The translations under genes were made by a program, and so were the position numbers. Below are positions 10,936-22,979 of a stretch of 64,000 nt of DNA, piece by piece. A model generated the notes under the pieces. It ran no database searches, was not told the origin of the DNA, and saw only the letters and a list, made by a program, of their open reading frames with translations. This stretch comes from Candidatus Omnitrophota bacterium (lineage in GTDB: Bacteria > Omnitrophota > Gorgyraeia > Zapsychrales > JANLHA01): assembly GCA_020632535.1 (NCBI GenBank), contig JACKFJ010000008.1, forward strand, positions 463 through 64,462, written 5' to 3'. Within the stretch, counting starts at the first letter, position 1, and every line of letters starts with the position of its first letter.

Positions 10936-13900
10936 TGGCTACTCCCAAAAAAGAAATTATTGATCAGGACCGCATATCCATTAAGATTGCTTCTCCGGAA
11001 ATTATAAAGTCATGGTCGAATGGAGCGATCAAAAAGGCGGAAACGCTGAATTATCGCACTCTGAAGCCAGAAAAGGACGGGCTTTTTTGTGAACGTATTT
11101 TCGGACCTGTTAAGGATTCGGAATGTAATTGCGGTAAATATAAAGGACAAAAGTTCAACGGGATTACCTGTGATCGTTGCGGGGTTACCGTTGCTCGCTC
11201 GAATGTTCGTCGCTCTCGCATGGGACATATCGACCTTGCAGCTCCAGTCACACATATCTGGTTCTATAAGGCGGTTCCTTCCCGTTTGTCCGCGATGCTG
11301 CAAGTTACGCTTCGTGATCTCGAGAAATTAATTTATTACGAAGAATATATTGTTGTTGATCCGGGTGAAACGACACTGAAGAAAAGAGAGTTTCTCTCCG
11401 AGGACAAATATCAGGAAGCCATTATTAAGCATGGCGGTGCGTTTAAAGCTAAGATTGGGGCTGAAGCAGTTAAGGAGCTTTTACGTGATCTTGACCTTGA
11501 TGCTCTCTGCAAGAAAGTCCGCAAGGATTTAGATAATTCAAATCCATTAGGGACTAATGCCAAGAAATTTTCGAAGACATTAAAGATTATTGAAGATTTC
11601 AAGAAGTCTGGTAATAAGGCCGAATGGATGGTTTTGGATATTCTTCCCGTTATTCCTCCGGATCTTCGTCCGCTTGTTCCGCTTGAAGGCGGTCGTTTTG
11701 CGACGTCAGATCTTAATGACTTGTATCGTCGTGTTATCAATCGTAATAATCGTTTGCGTAAATTGATTGATCTAAAGGCGCCGGAAATTATTATTCGTAA
11801 CGAAAAGCGTATGTTGCAGGAAGCGGTCGACGCGCTTTTGGATAATGGTCGTCATGGTCGTCCAGTGCTTGGTTCAGGGAATCGTCCTTTGAAATCACTT
11901 TCCGATATGTTAAAGGGAAAGCAAGGCCGTTTCCGTATGAACTTGCTTGGTAAGCGTGTGGATTATTCGGGTCGTTCCGTTATTGTCGTCGGGCCGAATT
12001 TAAAATTGCATCAGTGCGGGTTGCCGAAGAAAATGGCACTCGAACTTTTTGAACCGTTTATTATTCGCAAGCTTCGTGAAAAAGGCTTTGTTCACACAAT
12101 CAAGGGCGCTAAGCGTATGGTTGAACGTGCCAAGATTGAGGTTTGGGATATTCTCGACGAAGTAATCAAAGATCATCCCATTATGCTTAATCGTGCGCCA
12201 ACGCTGCATCGTTTAAGTATTCAAGCTTTTCAGCCGATTTTGACGGAAGGCAAGGCTATTAATTTGCATCCACTCGTTTGCTCCGCGTTTAACGCTGACT
12301 TTGACGGTGACCAAATGGCCGTGCATGTTCCGCTTTCTATGGAAGCGCAAATCGAATGTCGTCTTGAGCTTTTGTCTGTGAATAATCTTTTTTCACCGGC
12401 TGATGGCCGTCCGATTGTTTCTCCGACGCAAGACATGGTTCTCGGCCTGTATTATTTGACCAAGGACCGCACTGTTGAGGGAGAGAAGCTTAAAATATTT
12501 TCTTCATCGCAGGAAGTTATGGTTGCTTTTAATGATGGTGAATTAAAGATTCATAGCGGTATTAAATTGCGAATTATGCGACCCGTGTGGGGTGAAGAAA
12601 AACCATCATTGGTTATTTCGCAAGAAGGTACCGTGCAAAGTGCTGTTGATGGAAATTCGAAGGATTCATTTTCTAAGTCGCGAATTATTGAAACTACCGT
12701 CGGAAGAGTCATTTTTAATGATCTTTTGCCTGAGGGTTTTGGATTCGTAAATGACACAATGGATAAAAAACGTATTGGCGCTGTCATTGCTGATTGTTAT
12801 AAGCAATTTACACAAAATACCACTGTTATTCTTCTTGATAAATTAAAGGAATGTGGGTTTAAGGCTGCGACCGAAGCTGGGATCTCGATTTCGATCACAG
12901 ACTTAACAAGCCCGAAGGAAAAAGAGAAGCATCTTAAAGAATCAAAGGCCGAAGTTTCTCGTGTCGAGGATCAATATCGTAAAGGTATTATCACCGGTCG
13001 TGAACGGTATAATAAAATTATCGACATTTGGACACATGCAACCGAAAAACTTTCGGATCTAGTCTTTAAACAAATGGATTCTTTCAATCCGGTTTTCATT
13101 ATGGCGGATTCGGGAGCTCGTGGTTCGCGTTTGCAGATCCGTCAACTTTCCGGTATGCGTGGTCTTATGGCCAAGCCTTCTGGCGAGATTATTGAAAATC
13201 CGATTACGGCGAGTTTTCGTGAAGGATTAACCGTTTTGGAGTATTTTATTTCGACCCACGGTGCTCGTAAAGGTTTAGCGGATACCGCGCTTAAAACTGC
13301 CGACGCAGGTTATTTGACTCGTCGTCTCGTCGACGTTGCGCAGGAAGCCGTTATTACCAGCGAAGATTGCGGGACTGTTAATGGAATTACGGTTGCGGCG
13401 ATTATTGAAGGCGACGAATTGGTTGTCAGTCTTAAAGAGCGCATCAGCGGCCGCATCGCGTTAGATAATATCGTTGATGTTATTACGGATCAGGTTGTCG
13501 TTGAAGCTGGTGGAGAAATCACAGAGGAAAAAGCTACCGTCATCGAACAACTCGGTATTGAAAAAGTTCGTATTCGCAGTGTTTTAACCTGTGAGTCAGA
13601 TCGTGGTGTTTGTATCAAATGTTATGGTCGTAATTTAGCGTCACAGCGTTTAGTTGAAGTCGGTGAAGCCGTCGGTGTTATTGCTGCTCAAAGTATTGGT
13701 GAGCCGGGTACTCAGTTGACGATGAGAACCTTTCACATCGGTGGTACCGCGAGCCGTTCCGTCGAGCAATCGTTTTTCCGTTCAAAGCATAAGGGTATTG
13801 TTAAATATCATCAGCTTCGTGCTGTTGAGCGCAACAAGGAATTCGTTGTTTTAAATCGCAACGGTTCTGTGAGTATTAACAATGAATTTGGACGCGAGTT

Positions 13901-15059
13901 TGAACGTTATCAATTACCGCAAGGTGCGACATTGAAATTTGCTGATGATCAGGCAATCGATGCGGAAGTTATTTTTGCGACATGGGATCCGTATACCATT
14001 CCGATTATCACTGAAGTTAAGGGGTTGGTTAATTCTGAAGATCTCGTCGCTGACGTGACTGTTCAGGAAGAACAAAATCCTATTACAGGGATTACGGAGC
14101 GTGTTGTTGTTGAACATAAGCAAGAGTTTCATCCACAAGTTATTATCACGGATGATAAAAAGGAAATTGTCGGTATTTATTCAATTCCTGTGGGGGCGCA
14201 TATTTTAGTGAGCGATCTTCAGGAAGTTAAAGCCGGGGACTTGATTGCGAAGATTCCTCGCGGTGCAGGGAAGACCCGTGATATTACCGGTGGTCTGCCT
14301 CGCGTCGCTGAACTCTTCGAAGCTCGCCGTCCGAAAGATCCAGCAGTTATAAGCGAAATTGACGGGTTAGTCGAGTTTGGAGAAGACAAAAAAGGTCTTC
14401 GTAGCATTGTAGTTAAGAGTTCCACGGGTATGGCCAAAGAGTATACGATTCCGCATGGTAAGCATCCTAATGTTTACAAGGGCGATCATGTTTTTGCCGG
14501 TCAACAATTGACCGATGGGCCTGTTGTTCCGCAAGATATTTTGCGCGTTTGCGGGGATAAAGTTTTGCAAGAATATCTCTTAAACGAAGTTCAAGAAGTT
14601 TATCGTTTGCAAGGTGTACGTATTAACGATAAACATATTGAACTTATTATTGCGCAAATGTTACGCAAAGTAAAAATCACAGAATCTGGCGATAGTGAAT
14701 TCTTAATCGGAGATAATGTTGATAAAATAAAATTCAAAAAAATCAATGAAGAAATCATTAAGAAAAAAGGCAAACCTGCGCAAGCAACACCGTTGCTTTT
14801 GGGTATCACAAAAGTCAGTTTGACGACGGAGAGTTTTATTTCTGCCGCGAGCTTTCAAGAGACAACAAGAGTCTTGACAGAAGCAGCAGCCTCTGGTAAA
14901 CTTGACTTTTTACGCGGCCTGAAAGAGAACGTTATTGTGGGTCATTTGATCCCAGCAGGTACAGGCCTTAAATATTACGACGAAGTGGAAATGGTAAAAT
15001 ATGCCAACGATACAACAGTTGATCAGAACGAGACGAAATCAGAAAATCAAGAAGGGTAA
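10935..15059 (+). CDS. rpoC: DNA-directed RNA polymerase subunit beta'
   Basis: 1374 aa; Zn finger CNCGKYKG...CDRCGV, catalytic [12 protein letters not shown], trigger-loop and GHLIPAGTG blocks; ATG overlaps rpoB stop by 1 nt (TAATG). Confidence 0.98.
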   Translation: MATPKKEIIDQDRISIKIASPEIIKSWSNGAIKKAETLNYRTLKPEKDGLFCERIFGPVKDSECNCGKYKGQKFNGITCDRCGVTVARSNVRRSRMGHIDLAAPVTHIWFYKAVPSRLSAMLQVTLRDLEKLIYYEEYIVVDPGETTLKKREFLSEDKYQEAIIKHGGAFKAKIGAEAVKELLRDLDLDALCKKVRKDLDNSNPLGTNAKKFSKTLKIIEDFKKSGNKAEWMVLDILPVIPPDLRPLVPLEGGRFATSDLNDLYRRVINRNNRLRKLIDLKAPEIIIRNEKRMLQEAVDALLDNGRHGRPVLGSGNRPLKSLSDMLKGKQGRFRMNLLGKRVDYSGRSVIVVGPNLKLHQCGLPKKMALELFEPFIIRKLREKGFVHTIKGAKRMVERAKIEVWDILDEVIKDHPIMLNRAPTLHRLSIQAFQPILTEGKAINLHPLVCSAFNADFDGDQMAVHVPLSMEAQIECRLELLSVNNLFSPADGRPIVSPTQDMVLGLYYLTKDRTVEGEKLKIFSSSQEVMVAFNDGELKIHSGIKLRIMRPVWGEEKPSLVISQEGTVQSAVDGNSKDSFSKSRIIETTVGRVIFNDLLPEGFGFVNDTMDKKRIGAVIADCYKQFTQNTTVILLDKLKECGFKAATEAGISISITDLTSPKEKEKHLKESKAEVSRVEDQYRKGIITGRERYNKIIDIWTHATEKLSDLVFKQMDSFNPVFIMADSGARGSRLQIRQLSGMRGLMAKPSGEIIENPITASFREGLTVLEYFISTHGARKGLADTALKTADAGYLTRRLVDVAQEAVITSEDCGTVNGITVAAIIEGDELVVSLKERISGRIALDNIVDVITDQVVVEAGGEITEEKATVIEQLGIEKVRIRSVLTCESDRGVCIKCYGRNLASQRLVEVGEAVGVIAAQSIGEPGTQLTMRTFHIGGTASRSVEQSFFRSKHKGIVKYHQLRAVERNKEFVVLNRNGSVSINNEFGREFERYQLPQGATLKFADDQAIDAEVIFATWDPYTIPIITEVKGLVNSEDLVADVTVQEEQNPITGITERVVVEHKQEFHPQVIITDDKKEIVGIYSIPVGAHILVSDLQEVKAGDLIAKIPRGAGKTRDITGGLPRVAELFEARRPKDPAVISEIDGLVEFGEDKKGLRSIVVKSSTGMAKEYTIPHGKHPNVYKGDHVFAGQQLTDGPVVPQDILRVCGDKVLQEYLLNEVQEVYRLQGVRINDKHIELIIAQMLRKVKITESGDSEFLIGDNVDKIKFKKINEEIIKKKGKPAQATPLLLGITKVSLTTESFISAASFQETTRVLTEAAASGKLDFLRGLKENVIVGHLIPAGTGLKYYDEVEMVKYANDTTVDQNETKSENQEG

Positions 15060-15372
15060 GTCACCTGCCTTGACATCATGTCCGCAAAGACGCGGCGTGT
15101 GTTTGCAAGTCAAGACAATGACCCCGAAAAAACCGAATTCCGCTCTTCGAAAAATTTCGAGAGTTCGGTTGTCAAATCGTATTGAAGTAACATCTTACAT
15201 TCCGGGTGAAGGACATAATCTACAGGAACATTCGATTGTTCTGGTACGCGGTGGTCGCGTTAAGGATTTGCCCGGTGTGCGTTATCATATTGTTCGTGGA
15301 ACGCTTGATACGGCTGGCGTTGCCAAACGTAAACAATCACGTTCCAAGTACGGTGCCAAAAGGGAAAAATAA
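15001..15372 (+). CDS. rpsL: 30S ribosomal protein S12
   Basis: Canonical N-terminus [52 protein letters not shown]; the start lies 59 nt inside the rpoC 3' end in another frame. Confidence 0.95.
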   Translation: MPTIQQLIRTRRNQKIKKGKSPALTSCPQRRGVCLQVKTMTPKKPNSALRKISRVRLSNRIEVTSYIPGEGHNLQEHSIVLVRGGRVKDLPGVRYHIVRGTLDTAGVAKRKQSRSKYGAKREK

Positions 15373-15842
15373 TGCGTAGACGTGCAGTTATTAAAAAACC
15401 AGATTTGCCAGATCCAAAATACAACAGTCAGTTGATTGCTAAGTTCATTAACGTTCTTATGACGTCAGGAAAAAAAACAACTGCTGAAAAAATTGTTTAT
15501 GGTGCTTTAGAAAGTTTGCAGGAGCGTGTTACCGAAGAGGCGCCTTTGAAAGTTTTTATCAAAGCGATGGATAATGTTCGTCCACGTTTGGAGCTGAAGC
15601 CTCGCCGTGTCGGTGGCGCGACGTATCAGATTCCGATTGAAGTTTCCGCAGCGCGTGGAAATTCGCTTGCCATGAGATGGGTTCGTGATTTTGCCCGTAA
15701 GAAAAAGGGTAAACCAATGCAAGTTAAACTCGCCGAAGAACTCCTAGCCGCGTATAAAAACGAAGGCCCAGCGATCAAGAAGCGTGATGAAACACATAAG
15801 ATGGCTGATGCAAATAAAGCCTTCGCACATTTAAAGTGGTAA
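15372..15842 (+). CDS. rpsG: 30S ribosomal protein S7
   Basis: [19 protein letters not shown]..., [14 protein letters not shown]; ATG overlaps rpsL stop by 1 nt. Confidence 0.97.
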   Translation: MRRRAVIKKPDLPDPKYNSQLIAKFINVLMTSGKKTTAEKIVYGALESLQERVTEEAPLKVFIKAMDNVRPRLELKPRRVGGATYQIPIEVSAARGNSLAMRWVRDFARKKKGKPMQVKLAEELLAAYKNEGPAIKKRDETHKMADANKAFAHLKW

Positions 15843-15872
15843 ATTCGAAATACTAATCAAAAGGTTTATAAG

Positions 15873-17972
15873 ATGGCTGATGAAAAAATACCTCTAAAGG
15901 ACGTTCGCAATATCGGGATTATTGCCCATATTGACGCGGGGAAAACCACGACTACAGAACGTATTTTATACTATACGGGTGTTATCCATAAGCTTGGCAA
16001 TATTGACGATGGTAACACGGCTATGGACTGGATGCCGCAAGAGCAAGAACGTGGGATTACGATTACAGCCGCAAGTACAACGTGTTTTTGGAAAAAGCAT
16101 CGTATCAATATTATTGATACTCCGGGTCACGTCGATTTTACCGTCGAAGTTGAGCGCTCACTGAAGGTTTTGGATGGTGCGACCGTTGTTCTATGTGGAT
16201 GTAGCGGTGTTCAGCCGCAAACTGAAACAGTTTGGCGTCAGGCTGATCGTTATGGTGTTCCTCGTATTTTCTTTATCAATAAAATTGATCGTTTAGGTGC
16301 TAATTTTGATCGCGTTATCGGTGAGATCCATGAGCGCTTGGGCGCAAACGCGGCCGGTATTTGTTTTCCGAATGCTTACGAAGATCAATTTAACGCTATC
16401 ATTGATGTCGTTAATGAAAAATATATAACTTTTCCTGAGGCAGATGGTTTAGAGCCTTTGAAAAGTGACATTCCAGCCGAGTTTCAAGATAAGTTTAAGG
16501 AATATCGTCATAAGCTTTTGGAGCGTTTGGCTGATGCGGATGATATGATTATGGAAAGATTTTTGGAAGAAAAGGATGTCACGATTGCTGAGTTGAAAGC
16601 TGCTATTCGTCGTGCAGTTTTGAAAATGGGATTTTTTCCTGTCCTCGTTGGAACAGCTCTTCGCAACAAAGGCGTACAGACAGTTCTCGACGCGGTTCTC
16701 GATTATTTGCCTTCACCCCTTGATGTTCCTCCTGTGCCGGGGACAGATCCAAGTACGAGTGAACATACAACGCGGGAATGCTCACCCACCGCGCCATTTT
16801 GTGGGTTAGTTTTTAAAATTGCCGCGGATCCATATGTTGGAAAACTGTTTTATACTCGTGTTTATTCGGGGACTTTAAATTCAGGGACCACGCTTAACAA
16901 TTCGAGTCGTCGTTTGAAGGAACGTGTTTCTAAAATTGTTTTAATGCACGCGAATCGTCAGGAAATTGTAGGCAGCGTTGGTGCCGGTGAAATTGTCGCG
17001 CTTGTTGGTTTAAAGGATAGTAAAAGTGGTGATACTGTTTGCGATGAAAAAGCTCCGATTATTCTTGAGAGTATGAAAATCCCTGAAGCTGTCGTGTCGA
17101 TGGCGATTGAACCCAAGACCAAGGCTGATCAAGACAAATTGGGTATGACATTGCATAAGTTTCTTGACGAAGATCCTTCGCTTCAAGTCAAATATGATAC
17201 TGAAACCGGACAGACGATTATTTCCGGAATGGGTGAACTTCATTTGGAAATTATTATTGATCGAATGAAGCGTGAAAATAATTTAGAATGCACCGTCGGT
17301 CGCCCTCAAGTTGCATACCGTGAAACGATTACGAAAAAAGTTCAGAACGTTGTCGGTAAATTCATCAGTCAAAGCGGTGGACGTGGTATGTATGGTCATT
17401 GTGTAATTGATGTTGAGCCCAATGAAGAAAAGGGCAAGGGCATTATTTTTATTAATAAGATTAAGGGTGGCGCGATTCCTCGCGAATATATTAAGCCTGT
17501 TGAAGAAGGTGTTCGTACGGCGGCACAAACAGGTGTTTTTGCCGGCTATCCGGTTTCTGATTTTACAGTCACGCTCGTCGATGGATCTTATCATGATGTT
17601 GATTCCAATGAGCTTGCTTTTCAACTTGCTGGGAAGGAAGCCATGCGTGAAGGTTTAAAGAAGGGTGGTTCTTGCCTTCTTGAGCCGATTATGGATTTGG
17701 AATGTACTGTTCCGGAAGATTTTTGGGGACAAGTCATTGGTGATCTTAATACTCGTCGGGCTAAGATTGTTTCATCTGGTAATCGTGGCAAATTAAAGAC
17801 AGTTCGTTGCGAAGTCCCTCTTTCAGAAATGTTTAATTACGCTGGTGCGCTTCGTACTTTGAGTCAAGGGCGCGCATCATTTTCCATGGAACCTTCGTTT
17901 TATGCGCAAGTTCCAAATAATGTTGCGGAGAAGATCAAGGGTGTTCGTGAAGAAGCAGGGGCTAAGAAGTGA
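15873..17972 (+). CDS. fusA: elongation factor G
   Basis: GTPase G1 [13 protein letters not shown]3 [13 protein letters not shown]; domains IV/V blocks ([15 protein letters not shown]). Confidence 0.97.
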   Translation: MADEKIPLKDVRNIGIIAHIDAGKTTTTERILYYTGVIHKLGNIDDGNTAMDWMPQEQERGITITAASTTCFWKKHRINIIDTPGHVDFTVEVERSLKVLDGATVVLCGCSGVQPQTETVWRQADRYGVPRIFFINKIDRLGANFDRVIGEIHERLGANAAGICFPNAYEDQFNAIIDVVNEKYITFPEADGLEPLKSDIPAEFQDKFKEYRHKLLERLADADDMIMERFLEEKDVTIAELKAAIRRAVLKMGFFPVLVGTALRNKGVQTVLDAVLDYLPSPLDVPPVPGTDPSTSEHTTRECSPTAPFCGLVFKIAADPYVGKLFYTRVYSGTLNSGTTLNNSSRRLKERVSKIVLMHANRQEIVGSVGAGEIVALVGLKDSKSGDTVCDEKAPIILESMKIPEAVVSMAIEPKTKADQDKLGMTLHKFLDEDPSLQVKYDTETGQTIISGMGELHLEIIIDRMKRENNLECTVGRPQVAYRETITKKVQNVVGKFISQSGGRGMYGHCVIDVEPNEEKGKGIIFINKIKGGAIPREYIKPVEEGVRTAAQTGVFAGYPVSDFTVTLVDGSYHDVDSNELAFQLAGKEAMREGLKKGGSCLLEPIMDLECTVPEDFWGQVIGDLNTRRAKIVSSGNRGKLKTVRCEVPLSEMFNYAGALRTLSQGRASFSMEPSFYAQVPNNVAEKIKGVREEAGAKK

Positions 17973-18099
17973 TCGCCATTAAATTTTAAAAGTGCTCATC
18001 CAGAGCGAGGATTCGATTTGATCGAATCCGAGGCGAAGGATCTCAACAATAAAATAATCGAAAACTATCATTTAGAAAAGAACAAAACGGGAGGCAGAA

Positions 18100-19293
18100 A
18101 TGGCTAAGGAAAAATTCGTAAGAAATAAACCACACGTTAACATCGGGACGATTGGTCACGTTGATCATGGTAAGACGACGTTAAGCGCCGCTATTGCCAC
18201 TGTCCTTTCTAAAAAAGGTTTTGCGGAAGCCCGTTCATATGACTCGATTGATAATGCGCCGGAAGAAAAAGAGCGCGGCGTTACGATTAACATTTCACAT
18301 CTTGAATATGAAACAGAAAAGCGTCATTATGCCCACATCGACTGCCCGGGTCACGCTGATTTTATCAAGAACATGATTACTGGTGCGGCTCAAATGGATG
18401 GCGCTATTCTCGTTGTTTCTGCAGCGGATGGCCCAATGCCTCAGACTCGCGAGCATATTCTTTTGGCTCGTCAGGTTAATGTTCCGCGCTTGGTTGTCTT
18501 TTTAAACAAAGTAGATCAAGTTTCTGATCCGGAACTTTTGGAACTTGTTGAAGTTGAAGTTCGTGACCTTTTGACAAAGTATAAATTTGATGGTGACAAC
18601 ACGCCGATTATTAAGGGTAGTGGTTTGGAAGCTTTAAACGCGCCAGAAGATCCAGTTAAGAGTAAGCCAATTGTTGATCTTATGGATGCGGTCGACTCTT
18701 GGATTCCAGAGCCTGTTCGTGAACTTGATAAACCTTTCTCGATGGCGGTTGAAGACGTATTTTCGATCTCTGGTCGTGGTACGGTTGCAACGGGTCGTAT
18801 TGAACGTGGAAAAGTCAAAGTTGGCGAAGAAGTTGATTGTGTGGGTCTTCGTGAAGCGATTCAAAAAACCGTTGTTACCGGAGTTGAAATGTTCCGTAAG
18901 GAATTAGATGAAGGTATCGCTGGCGACAATGTCGGACTTTTGTTGCGCGGTATGGATAAGGAAAAAATGGAACGCGGCATGGTTCTTGCAAAAGCTGGTT
19001 CTATCACGCCTCACAAAAAATTCAAAGCACAAATCTATGTTTTAACCAAGGAAGAGGGTGGTCGTCATACACCGTTCTTCAAAGGATACCGTCCGCAATT
19101 TTATTTTCGTACGACAGACGTTACCGGTACTGCTGAACTTCCAGAAGGTATGGAAATGTGCATGCCGGGCGATAATGTCGCGATCACGGTGGAATTGATC
19201 ACGCCGGTTGCTATGGAAAAAGAATTGCGTTTCGCCATTCGTGAGGGTGGACGTACGGTTGGTGCAGGTGTCGTTTCTGAAATCGTTGAATAA
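18100..19293 (+). CDS. tuf: elongation factor Tu
   Basis: [40 protein letters not shown]; GGGAGG SD upstream. Confidence 0.98.
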   Translation: MAKEKFVRNKPHVNIGTIGHVDHGKTTLSAAIATVLSKKGFAEARSYDSIDNAPEEKERGVTINISHLEYETEKRHYAHIDCPGHADFIKNMITGAAQMDGAILVVSAADGPMPQTREHILLARQVNVPRLVVFLNKVDQVSDPELLELVEVEVRDLLTKYKFDGDNTPIIKGSGLEALNAPEDPVKSKPIVDLMDAVDSWIPEPVRELDKPFSMAVEDVFSISGRGTVATGRIERGKVKVGEEVDCVGLREAIQKTVVTGVEMFRKELDEGIAGDNVGLLLRGMDKEKMERGMVLAKAGSITPHKKFKAQIYVLTKEEGGRHTPFFKGYRPQFYFRTTDVTGTAELPEGMEMCMPGDNVAITVELITPVAMEKELRFAIREGGRTVGAGVVSEIVE

Positions 19294-19305
19294 AAATAGG
19301 TAATT

Positions 19306-19608
19306 ATGCAAAAAATTAGATTAAAGCTTAAAGCTTATGACCACCGCCTGATCGATCAGTCGGCGCAGGAGATCGTTGATACAGCGATTCGTACTGGTGC
19401 CAAAGTCGCAGGTCCGGTGCCGCTCCCGACAAAAAAGGAGCTTTACACAGTACTTCGTTCTCCAAATATTGACAAAAAGTCAAGGGAACAGTTTCACTTA
19501 GTGATTCATAAACGCCTGATTGACCTTGTTGAACCAACGGCGAAAACGGTTGAGGCACTTCGTAAGCTCAATCTTCCTGCTGGTGTTGACGTGGAAATCA
19601 AACAATAA
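19306..19608 (+). CDS. rpsJ: 30S ribosomal protein S10
   Basis: [31 protein letters not shown]; first gene of the S10 operon, 12 nt after tuf. Confidence 0.97.
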   Translation: MQKIRLKLKAYDHRLIDQSAQEIVDTAIRTGAKVAGPVPLPTKKELYTVLRSPNIDKKSREQFHLVIHKRLIDLVEPTAKTVEALRKLNLPAGVDVEIKQ

Positions 19609-19619
19609 CGGACTAGAAA

Positions 19620-20330
19620 ATGATACGCGGACTTCTTGGAAAAAAATTAGGGATGACTCAGGTTTTTGATGTTGAGGGAAACACAGTGCCGGTCACGGTT
19701 ATTGAGGTTGGCCCATGCCGTGTTCTTTCACTCATCGAAAAGCCGCTAAAAATTAAGATTGGTTTTGAGGAAAAGCGTGAATCACGAGTGCGTAAACCTG
19801 AACTTGGACTTTTCAAGAAGGCTGGCGTTCCTGCGATGCGTTTGGTTCGCGAAATACCATCAACGGATAACAAAGATTATCAAGTCGGTCAAGAGATTAA
19901 GGCTGATCTTTTTAAGCCGGGTGATTTCGTTGATGTAGTCGGACTTTCTCGTGGTAAAGGTTTTCAGGGCGGTATGGTTCGCTGGAATTGGTCCGGAGGT
20001 GGGGCTGCTCACGGTTCCATGCATCATCGTCGTATTGGTTCTGCGGGTGCGAGCGCTTGGCCTTCAAGAACTTATCGTGGTCATCATATGCCGGGTCATA
20101 TGGGTATGGATCGCGTGACGGTTCAAAGCTTACGCGTCGTTCAAGTCGATCCTGTTAACAATCTTGTTTTGATTAAAGGTGCTGTTCCGGGTCATCGCAA
20201 CAGTTTTGTCACGATTTTATTATCAAAGAAAAAAGTTTTTCGTCCTCTTGGTGAAGTTCGCGTTACCGCTGAAAAGAGTCGTAACCCGATGAAGCAAAGT
20301 AAGGCTAAGGCCGGGGCGAAGGGGAAATAA
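19620..20330 (+). CDS. rplC: 50S ribosomal protein L3
   Basis: GLLGKKLGMTQVFD, GKGFQGGMVRWNW; about 25-aa basic C-terminal extension. Confidence 0.96.
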   Translation: MIRGLLGKKLGMTQVFDVEGNTVPVTVIEVGPCRVLSLIEKPLKIKIGFEEKRESRVRKPELGLFKKAGVPAMRLVREIPSTDNKDYQVGQEIKADLFKPGDFVDVVGLSRGKGFQGGMVRWNWSGGGAAHGSMHHRRIGSAGASAWPSRTYRGHHMPGHMGMDRVTVQSLRVVQVDPVNNLVLIKGAVPGHRNSFVTILLSKKKVFRPLGEVRVTAEKSRNPMKQSKAKAGAKGK

Positions 20331-20374
20331 GCTCGCTTCTGTTTTTATAAAAAGTACAAATAAATTAGAAGGCA

Positions 20375-21004
20375 ATGGAAATGTTAACGTTACCAATTTT
20401 AAGTAGAGCCGGAAAAGAGATTGATACTGTGAATTTACCAAAGGAAATTTTTGGTGTTCCAGTGAATACGGATGTTCTTCATCAGGCCATGGTCATGCAT
20501 CAAGCGTCACTTCGTCAGGGAAATGCTTCGACTAAGGAGCGTGGTGCTGTTTCAGGTGGTGGAAAAAAGCCATGGCGACAAAAAGGAACTGGACGCGCGC
20601 GCGCGGGTTCGAGTCGTTCGCCGTTATGGGCCGGTGGTGGTGTGGTTTTTGGACCGCATCCGCGGGATTTTGGATATACGATACCAAAAAAGATTAAACG
20701 TGCGGCGTTACGTGAAAGTTTGAATGCAAAATATCAGAGCAAAACCTTAATCTGCCTCGAGGAATTTAAGGGCAAGATAGGGAAGACCAAAGAGTTCGCA
20801 GAAATATTGACTACTTTGAAACTTCAAGGTAAGATACTCGCCTTGTTGGATGGGTGTGATGAAAGCGTCAAGTTATTTAGCCGCAATATCCCCCGTTTTG
20901 AAATGCTCCGTTGCGAAGATGTGAATGCTTACGATGTTCTTAGAAATAAAAATCTTCTCCTGACGAAAACGTCGCTTAACAAGATATTGGAGCGGGTAAA
21001 ATAA
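20375..21004 (+). CDS. rplD: 50S ribosomal protein L4
   Basis: GGGKKPWRQKGTGRARAGSSRSPLWAGGGVVFGP; start could be ATG 20381. Confidence 0.95.
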   Translation: MEMLTLPILSRAGKEIDTVNLPKEIFGVPVNTDVLHQAMVMHQASLRQGNASTKERGAVSGGGKKPWRQKGTGRARAGSSRSPLWAGGGVVFGPHPRDFGYTIPKKIKRAALRESLNAKYQSKTLICLEEFKGKIGKTKEFAEILTTLKLQGKILALLDGCDESVKLFSRNIPRFEMLRCEDVNAYDVLRNKNLLLTKTSLNKILERVK

Positions 21005-21064
21005 TTTGACCTTCCGTCGGCTGTTCAATTTGCCGTAGACGGAAAGAACGAGGTATTTTAAGTT

Positions 21065-21343
21065 ATGCAAACTAGTTATGATATTATTCACACATTAATT
21101 CGCACTGAAAAGGGAACGCGCCTTGAACCAACGGGTCAATATCTTTTTGAAGTTGCGAAGTCTGCTAACAAAGTGCAAATAAGAAAAGCAGTTGAAGAAA
21201 TTTATAGCGTAAAAGTCGCAGCAGTTAACACTCAGGTGATTCCTGGAAAACGTAAGCGTGTACGTAAAGAATTTGGTCACACGCCGGATTGGAAAAAAGC
21301 GATTGTGACGTTGCGCGCGGGCAGTAAAATTGACGTTACATAA
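21065..21343 (+). CDS. rplW: 50S ribosomal protein L23
   Basis: 92 aa; IRTEKGTRLE..., KVQIRKAVEEIYSVKV, KKAIVTL; operon position. Confidence 0.93.
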   Translation: MQTSYDIIHTLIRTEKGTRLEPTGQYLFEVAKSANKVQIRKAVEEIYSVKVAAVNTQVIPGKRKRVRKEFGHTPDWKKAIVTLRAGSKIDVT

Positions 21344-21389
21344 TTATTTTAGAAAAATCAGTGCATAATCATAAATAGAGGTTATTAAA

Positions 21390-22226
21390 GTGGGCATTAA
21401 AAGATTCAAACCAAAAACAGGTGGATTACGATTCGCGGCGCTTTCGGATTTTAAGGAACTTACAAAAAGTAAGCCGGAAAAATCTTTGATGGAGCCATTG
21501 AAGAAATCAGGTGGACGTAATTCATACGGCCGTATCACAGTTCGTTTTCGTGGCGGAGGGCATAAGCGAATGTATCGCGTTATTGATTTTAAACGTGATC
21601 GCATTGATCAACCTGCTATTGTGCTTGCCATTGAATATGATCCTAACCGTTCATGTCGAATCGCGCTTATTGAGTATGCGGATAAAGTGAAGGCATATAT
21701 TCTAGCTCCGCTGGAATTAAAGGTTGGTGAAAAAGTTGTTAGTACCAATACAGCTGAAGTCGATATTCATGCTGGGAATGCCATGCCGATTAAACGCGTT
21801 CCGTTAGGAACTGCAGTTCATAATATCGAATTAAAGCCGGGTAAGGGTGGACAAATGGCACGTTCTGCAGGAACTTCTGCGCAATTGATGGCTAAAGAAG
21901 GTGGTTTGGCGCAAATTCGTCTTCCGTCTGGTGAAATGAGAAAAATTCATATTGATTGTCGTGTCACAATAGGACAGCTTGGTAATGTTGAGCATGAAAC
22001 AATTTGTTGGGGTAAAGCAGGACGTGCGCGTTGGTTAGGTTGGAGAGGACGCGTTCGTGGGGTTGCGATGAATCCGGTCGACCATCCACACGGTGGTGGT
22101 GAAGGTAAAGCACCACAAGGGAATCCACATCCAGTTAGCCCTTGGGGATTAAAGACCAAAGGTTTAAAAACGCGTAAGCCAAAAAAATATTCTAATCAAT
22201 TTATCGTGAAACGAAGGACAAAGTAA
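21390..22226 (+). CDS. rplB: 50S ribosomal protein L2
   Basis: GTG start; [33 protein letters not shown]. Confidence 0.97.
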   Translation: MGIKRFKPKTGGLRFAALSDFKELTKSKPEKSLMEPLKKSGGRNSYGRITVRFRGGGHKRMYRVIDFKRDRIDQPAIVLAIEYDPNRSCRIALIEYADKVKAYILAPLELKVGEKVVSTNTAEVDIHAGNAMPIKRVPLGTAVHNIELKPGKGGQMARSAGTSAQLMAKEGGLAQIRLPSGEMRKIHIDCRVTIGQLGNVEHETICWGKAGRARWLGWRGRVRGVAMNPVDHPHGGGEGKAPQGNPHPVSPWGLKTKGLKTRKPKKYSNQFIVKRRTK

Positions 22227-22227
22227 A

Positions 22228-22515
22228 ATGGGTCGCTCGCTTAAAAAAGGACCGTACGTCGAAGACAAGTTGGTTTTGAAGTTAAAGAAAAGCATTGCTT
22301 CTGGCTCAAAACAGCCAATTAAAACATGGTCGCGACGTTCAACAGTTCTTCCTGAATTTGTGGGATACACCATTGCAGTTCACAACGGAAAATCTCATAT
22401 TCCTGTGTACATTACAGAAAATATGGTTGGGTATAAGCTGGGCGATTTTTCACCGACAAGAACTTTTAGAAAGCACGGCGGCGTTAAGGCTAAGAAAGCA
22501 GCTGATAAAACATAA
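22228..22515 (+). CDS. rpsS: 30S ribosomal protein S19
   Basis: [34 protein letters not shown]. Confidence 0.97.
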   Translation: MGRSLKKGPYVEDKLVLKLKKSIASGSKQPIKTWSRRSTVLPEFVGYTIAVHNGKSHIPVYITENMVGYKLGDFSPTRTFRKHGGVKAKKAADKT

Positions 22516-22525
22516 TACAAATAGT

Positions 22526-22594
22526 CATTGCGAGGAGACCGCAGGTCGACGCGGCAATCCTAGATAGATTGCTTCGCAAAAAACACTCGCAATG
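22526..22594. repeat. palindromic intergenic repeat element (copy 1) in rpsS-rplV spacer
   Basis: CATTGCGAG(22526-34)...GCAATC-ctagata-GATTGC...CTCGCAATG(22586-94): 9-bp outer and 6-bp inner complementary arms. Shares TCATTGCGAGGA, GCAATC/GATTGCT and TTGCTTCG blocks with 52600-52703. Confidence 0.55.
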
Positions 22595-22606
22595 AAGGAT
22601 AAAAAA

Positions 22607-22942
22607 ATGATTGCAAAAGCCCAAGGTAATTTTTTAAGAATGAAACCAATGAACGTTCGTCAGGTTATTGATCTGATTCGTGGCAAAGATGTTTCGACGT
22701 CCCTAGTTACTCTCGCTCATGTTGAAAAGGGCGCGACCGGTATGCTTACTAAGATCTTGAATTCAGCGGTAAGTAATGCCAAACAAAAAGGTCTTACGGA
22801 AGAGCAGCTTTATATTTCAAAAATTACGGCGGATCAAGGACCAATGTGGAAGCGATTTAGAGCCGCGTCTATGGGTCGCGCGACACCGATTTTGAAGCGT
22901 ACAACGCATATTACAATTGAATTAGATTTGATAACCAAATAG
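22607..22942 (+). CDS. rplV: 50S ribosomal protein L22
   Basis: MIAKAQGNFLRMKPMNVRQV matches the usual L22 start; AAGGA SD at 22595-22599. ORF-track ATG 22592 lies inside the repeat arm and is less likely. Confidence 0.93.
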   Translation: MIAKAQGNFLRMKPMNVRQVIDLIRGKDVSTSLVTLAHVEKGATGMLTKILNSAVSNAKQKGLTEEQLYISKITADQGPMWKRFRAASMGRATPILKRTTHITIELDLITK

Positions 22943-22979
22943 AAATAGATCCCGTTTTGCGGGATAAGAGAGGTCATTC

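Noticed and set aside
15001-15059. Possibility that the rpoC/rpsL overlap merely reflects a wrong rpsL start
   Set aside because: The conserved S12 N-terminus MPTIQQLIR is encoded exactly from ATG 15001, and any downstream start would delete it. The overlap is therefore kept as a finding, with assembly error as the stated alternative.
21010-21046. Hairpin CTTCCGTC/GACGGAAG between rplD and rplW as an L4 autoregulatory site
   Set aside because: The known L4 control acts on the S10 leader upstream of rpsJ, not at this position. An 8-bp stem with a 19-nt loop alone is insufficient evidence.
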